A stretch of DNA of 11,870 nt, from the IMG/VR virus record IMGVR_UViG_2636415959_000004, one strand, 5' to 3'. Below, piece after piece: positions 8,795-11,870 of this stretch (positions are counted from its first letter, which is position 1; every line of letters starts with the position of its first letter). The notes under the pieces are model-generated. The model worked only from the letters and a program-made list of their open reading frames with translations, had not been told where the DNA came from and ran no database searches. The position numbers and the translations under genes are program-made. Source of the DNA: a virus (taxonomy: Duplodnaviria; Heunggongvirae; Uroviricota; Caudoviricetes).

Positions 8795-8958
8795 TTGTTC
8801 CCCCGTTTTTTCGTAGATAGTTCTGCCAGCAATTCATCTTGTGAACGGCACGGATGCCAGCGTTTACCATCCTCACCCATGATCCAGCCGTGACCGTAGT
8901 GCATTGCCGGACTTTGTTTTACTAGCAGCGATGCAAATGATGGTTCTTTCGTCAGCAT
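8758..8958 (-). CDS. Hypothetical small early-region protein (66 aa from ATG 8958; tracked GTG start at 8988 gives 76 aa)
   Basis: ATG at 8958 lies immediately after the cII stop with GGTG 4 nt upstream; basic C-terminus; no family recognised. The start is uncertain. Confidence 0.4.
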   Translation of the reverse strand: MLTKEPSFASLLVKQSPAMHYGHGWIMGEDGKRWHPCRSQDELLAELSTKKRGNKWLLKALRRLFH

Positions 8959-8965
8959 AAGCACC

Positions 8966-9475
8966 TCACAGCAAACCGAATGAAGCACCGAGGCCAGTCA
9001 CGGTATCAACTGCACTCGCCATCGCAGGATTAGCCTGTAAACGGGCCTGCAATGAAACAGCAGCCAGCGCCATCAGTCGTGTAACAGAGTTAATGCTGCT
9101 GATCGCATCACGACGGCCTGCACTGGTTTTTACATCGCCAGAAACCGCACCTGCCGCGACACGCCCTATCTCTGCAGTTGCACTCATGACGTAATGCGGC
9201 AGTTTCTCTTTTGCCACCTCATTAATCGGTACACATGGCAGGCAGTGAATCTGTGCCAGAAAGCCATCTACCAGCGTTGAATCTTCAGTCAGATCGGTAA
9301 GCAACCAGATTTCTGGTGCGGTTAATAAATGAGGTTGAGCTGGGTTCAGCTTGTTCCGCAGAATCTGCACATTCATGCCTGCACGTTCTGCCAGTTGCAC
9401 TAGGTTGTGGCGCAATGCGAATGCACGACAGGCTTCATCAAAATGTGGATGTTTGGAAACTTGGTAATCAAACAT
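8966..9475 (-). CDS. cII: Phage 186-type CII transcriptional activator (169 aa)
   Basis: From ATG 9475 the product starts [20 protein letters not shown]... and is 169 aa, matching the 186 CII (CP76) family in length and in sequence as I recall it; GAGG lies about 9 nt upstream; position right after the apl-like gene is as in 186. The tracked TTG start at 9481 adds two residues. Confidence 0.82.
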   Translation of the reverse strand: MFDYQVSKHPHFDEACRAFALRHNLVQLAERAGMNVQILRNKLNPAQPHLLTAPEIWLLTDLTEDSTLVDGFLAQIHCLPCVPINEVAKEKLPHYVMSATAEIGRVAAGAVSGDVKTSAGRRDAISSINSVTRLMALAAVSLQARLQANPAMASAVDTVTGLGASFGLL

Positions 9476-9507
9476 GGTCAATGCCTCTGATGTATTTCAG
9501 AATCGAA

Positions 9508-9729
9508 CTAATTAAGGTTTAGATTGCATTCTGAAAGCGCATCAACGGTCATGGCTGCTATGTTGATCATCACTTTTTCACGTTTTTTATCTTTGCGCAG
9601 ACGGTGACGGATAAGGCGTCCGTCAGCCAACATGTCATTGATGGTATCGATGGACAGCCCTGTCAGCTCGCTATAGCGTTCAATAGTCACATGAGGCGTG
9701 GTAAGAGTGATTGAAATGTTAGGTCTCAT
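9508..9729 (-). CDS. Putative Apl/Cox-type excisionase and switch regulator (73 aa, helix-turn-helix)
   Basis: Small ORF that is the first gene of the leftward operon, divergent from cI and upstream of cII (the position of 186 apl / P2 cox); HTH-like segment [25 protein letters not shown]; AGGAA about 9 nt upstream of the ATG. The assignment is mainly positional. Confidence 0.55.
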   Translation of the reverse strand: MRPNISITLTTPHVTIERYSELTGLSIDTINDMLADGRLIRHRLRKDKKREKVMINIAAMTVDALSECNLNLN

Positions 9730-9854
9730 GATGCAACATTCCTCGTTTAATGATGATTAATCAGGACGAATACGGATCGTTTGTATTTTGTGAACACCAT
9801 AAACATACGATCGTACAGTGAAATCGTCAAGATAAAAGTTCACTTGGAGTGACC
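9730..9854. promoter_or_regulatory. Immunity switch region between the divergent apl-like and cI genes (expected lytic/lysogenic promoters and operators)
   Basis: 125-bp AT-rich intergenic region between divergent regulators; contains imperfect dyad symmetry around 9770-9815 (GATCG...GTATTTT...AAACATAC...CGATC) that could be repressor operators. No promoter hexamers assigned with confidence. Confidence 0.4.
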
Positions 9855-10424
9855 ATGAATTTGGAGAAAGGCGGACGAGGCGCTATAGAGCGCATGGTAG
9901 AAGCTTATGGATTCAAAACTCGACAGGCGTTGTGCGATCATTTAGGAATCTCTAAAAGTACACTCGCCACACGCTACATGCGTGACTCATTCCCAGCAGA
10001 ATGGGTAATCCAGTGCGCCCTTGAAACGGGCACCTCGCTTAATTGGCTCACAACCGGACATGGTTCAAAGCAAACTTCAGGTAATACAAATACTATGGAA
10101 GTTGCTAAATATGTATTATCTGATGGTGCCTTGCGTGAAGACGGTTTTTATATTTTTGATAAGGGATTTCTACCCTCTACGTTTAAAAAACCTTTTGTCA
10201 TCACAGATAACAATTCTGAATTTATTTGTGATAAAGAATTTGATGATATACGTGACGGTAAATGGGTAATAAGTATTGATGGCGAAATAACAATCCGCGA
10301 CATTACTCGTTTACCCGGTGGAAGAATCTTCGTTGAAGGTGGAAACAGAGCCTTCGAGTGCAAGATAGAAGATGTTGAAATAATTGGGAAAATTATAAGT
10401 TTAACAATTAAGTACGTTAGGTAA
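9855..10424 (+). CDS. cI: Phage 186-type CI repressor (189 aa from ATG 9855; tracked GTG at 9849)
   Basis: N-terminal domain (EAYGFKTRQALCDHLGISKSTLATRYMRDSFPAEW...CALETGTSLNWLTTG) matches the phage CI-repressor HTH family; length matches 186 CI (about 192 aa); GGAG 5 nt upstream of ATG 9855; divergent from apl/cII and upstream of int on the same strand. Confidence 0.82.
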   Translation: MNLEKGGRGAIERMVEAYGFKTRQALCDHLGISKSTLATRYMRDSFPAEWVIQCALETGTSLNWLTTGHGSKQTSGNTNTMEVAKYVLSDGALREDGFYIFDKGFLPSTFKKPFVITDNNSEFICDKEFDDIRDGKWVISIDGEITIRDITRLPGGRIFVEGGNRAFECKIEDVEIIGKIISLTIKYVR

Positions 10425-10439
10425 TACCGGGAGGAAACT

Positions 10440-10631
10440 ATGCTTGGTAAGGTATTTTTTGTGGTTTTATCATGCTCTTTGTTATTAAACCCACTAACTA
10501 CCTATGCTAAAAATTATCCTTGTTCTGGGAAAAAGGGAGGTGTCTCTCACTGTACCTCCGATGGAAAGTTCGTTTGCAATGATGGAACTATTAGTAAATC
10601 AAAAAAAATCTGTACTAAAAACTCGCGATAA
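10440..10631 (+). CDS. Small secreted cysteine-rich protein (63 aa; predicted signal peptide plus ~40-aa mature domain with 4 Cys), possible lysogenic-conversion cargo
   Basis: Strong SD GGGAGG (10429-10434) 5 nt before the ATG; hydrophobic N-terminus with a likely signal-peptidase site after TTYA; mature part is Lys/Gly/Ser-rich with 4 Cys; AT-rich; inserted between cI and int on the same strand. Confidence 0.5.
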   Translation: MLGKVFFVVLSCSLLLNPLTTYAKNYPCSGKKGGVSHCTSDGKFVCNDGTISKSKKICTKNSR

Positions 10632-10764
10632 ATTTTGCTTTTATATCTGCGCCTAATATAACAATGAGCCGCAGGCTAACCGCAAAAGTCACATACTCAC
10701 ATAGCAAAAAATAGCCAACTTCATTATGGCTTCAGTGAGATGTATGGTCGCAGGATTTCATACA

Positions 10765-10793
10765 TTGACACTGGTTATATATACAGTAAAAAT
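10765..10793 (+). promoter_or_regulatory. Candidate promoter upstream of int
   Basis: Perfect -35 TTGACA (10765-10770) followed at 16-17 nt by a weak A/T-rich -10 (TAAAAA / AAAAAT). Motif match only. Confidence 0.25.
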
Positions 10794-10817
10794 GCTCTCT
10801 ATTGGAGGGCATTTTTT

Positions 10818-11870
10818 ATGGCAGTACGAAAACTCACCACAGGAAAATGGCTTTGCGAATGTTACCCCGCCGGACGTAGTGGGCGTCGTGTGCGTAAACA
10901 ATTCGCCACCAAAGGCGAAGCTCTGGCTTTTGAGCGCCATACGATGGAAGAAACCGAAGCAAAGCCCTGGCTGGGAGAATCAGTGGATCGTCGAACACTG
11001 AAAGACGTGGTTGAGCTATGGTTCAAACTACATGGTAAATCTCTAACCGCTGGGCAGCATGTCTATGATAAATTGCTGTTGATGGTTGACGCTCTGGGCA
11101 ATCCCCTTGCAACCGATCTCACCTCTAAAATGTTTGCCCACTATCGAGATAAACGCCTGACAGGTGAGATCTACTTCAGCGAGAAATGGAAGAAAGGAGC
11201 AAGCCCGGTCACCATTAACCTGGAGCAAAGCTATCTAAGTAGTGTTTTTAGCGAACTATCCCGCCTGGGCGAATGGTCGTATCCAAACCCACTGGAGAAC
11301 ATGCGAAAATTCACCATCGCAGAAAAAGAGATGGCATGGCTTACCCATGAGCAGATTGTTGAACTGCTGGCTGATTGCAAACGTCAGGACCCAATTCTGG
11401 CACTGGTAGTCAAGATATGCTTAAGCACAGGCGCACGCTGGCGAGAAGCAATAAACCTTACCCGATCACAGGTGACTAAATACCGAATTACCTTTGTAAG
11501 AACGAAGGGGAAGAAAAACAGAAGCATCCCTATCAGTAAAGAGCTTTATGAAGAGATCATGGCGCTTGATGGGTTCAATTTCTTCACAGACTGCTATTTT
11601 CAATTTTTATCCGTGATGGAAAAAACGTCAATCGTGCTCCCTCGCGGTCAACTGACACACGTTCTGCGCCATACGTTTGCGGCGCATTTCATGATGTCGG
11701 GTGGAAATATCCTTGCTTTGCAAAAAATCCTCGGACATCACGATATAAAAATGACTATGCGTTACGCTCATCTGGCACCGGATCATCTGGAAACGGCGCT
11801 CCGTTTCAATCCTCTGGCAACGCTGCCAAGTGGCGACAAAGTGGCGGCAGCGGTTGGCATTACCCCGTAA
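10818..11870 (+). CDS. int: Tyrosine recombinase, P2/186-type phage integrase (350 aa from ATG 10818)
   Basis: Resembles P2 Int as I recall it; catalytic signatures HxxR (LRHTFAAHF) and C-terminal tyrosine (MTMRYAHLAP); GGAGGG about 8 nt upstream of ATG 10818, so the tracked start at 10740 is a spurious 5' extension; the stop codon is the last 3 bases of the window. Confidence 0.9.
   Translation: MAVRKLTTGKWLCECYPAGRSGRRVRKQFATKGEALAFERHTMEETEAKPWLGESVDRRTLKDVVELWFKLHGKSLTAGQHVYDKLLLMVDALGNPLATDLTSKMFAHYRDKRLTGEIYFSEKWKKGASPVTINLEQSYLSSVFSELSRLGEWSYPNPLENMRKFTIAEKEMAWLTHEQIVELLADCKRQDPILALVVKICLSTGARWREAINLTRSQVTKYRITFVRTKGKKNRSIPISKELYEEIMALDGFNFFTDCYFQFLSVMEKTSIVLPRGQLTHVLRHTFAAHFMMSGGNILALQKILGHHDIKMTMRYAHLAPDHLETALRFNPLATLPSGDKVAAAVGITP

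Larger units (their letters stand above)
2776..11870. mobile_element. Cryptic, deleted P2/186-family prophage remnant (attR-side ogr/D/U/T block, scrambled capsid fragment, immunity region, integrase)
   Basis: Contiguous phage-type genes whose products I recognise as Ogr, gpD, gpU, tape measure, major capsid N-terminus, CII, CI and integrase. ogr and int are each transcribed outward toward the ends, as expected for the two ends of an integrated P2-type prophage. Left boundary is approximate; the right boundary lies beyond the window. Confidence 0.8.

Noticed and set aside
10021-10363. Alternative-frame ORFs (82 aa plus strand, 71 aa minus strand) within cI
   Set aside because: Embedded in the cI coding region, AT-rich and low-complexity; cI itself has strong family features.
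10740-10817. 26-codon N-terminal extension of int in the tracked ORF, and the overlapping 91-aa ORF 10726-11001
   Set aside because: An SD (GGAGGG) precedes the internal ATG at 10818 and the resulting product matches integrase length; the alternative frame has no support.
1-11870. Search for CRISPR arrays, tRNA/rRNA genes and IS elements
   Set aside because: No regularly spaced direct repeats, no tRNA-like cloverleaf candidates noticed near the prophage ends, and no transposase-like ORFs or terminal inverted repeats; the rearrangements look like plain deletions and an inversion.

Overview
The window holds a core enterobacterial segment (grxA, ybjM, ybjL; 1-2620) followed by a compact, heavily deleted P2/186-family prophage remnant (about 2776 to the window end). 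On the minus strand the remnant keeps the distal tail/late-control block ogr-D-U-T, then an inverted 5' fragment of the major capsid gene. An early/immunity region follows: three small unassigned early ORFs, a 186-type cII, an apl/cox-like gene, a divergent 186-type cI repressor, a small secreted cysteine-rich ORF and a tyrosine integrase whose stop codon is the last base of the window. Most structural genes are absent (head apart from the capsid fragment, lysis, tail sheath and tube, baseplate and fibres, replication). All calls rest on reading the translated ORFs against remembered protein families; no database search was run. I found no CRISPR array, tRNA, rRNA or IS element. The items most worth follow-up are the small secreted ORF between cI and int, the three small early ORFs beside cII, and the scrambled capsid/tape-measure junction.
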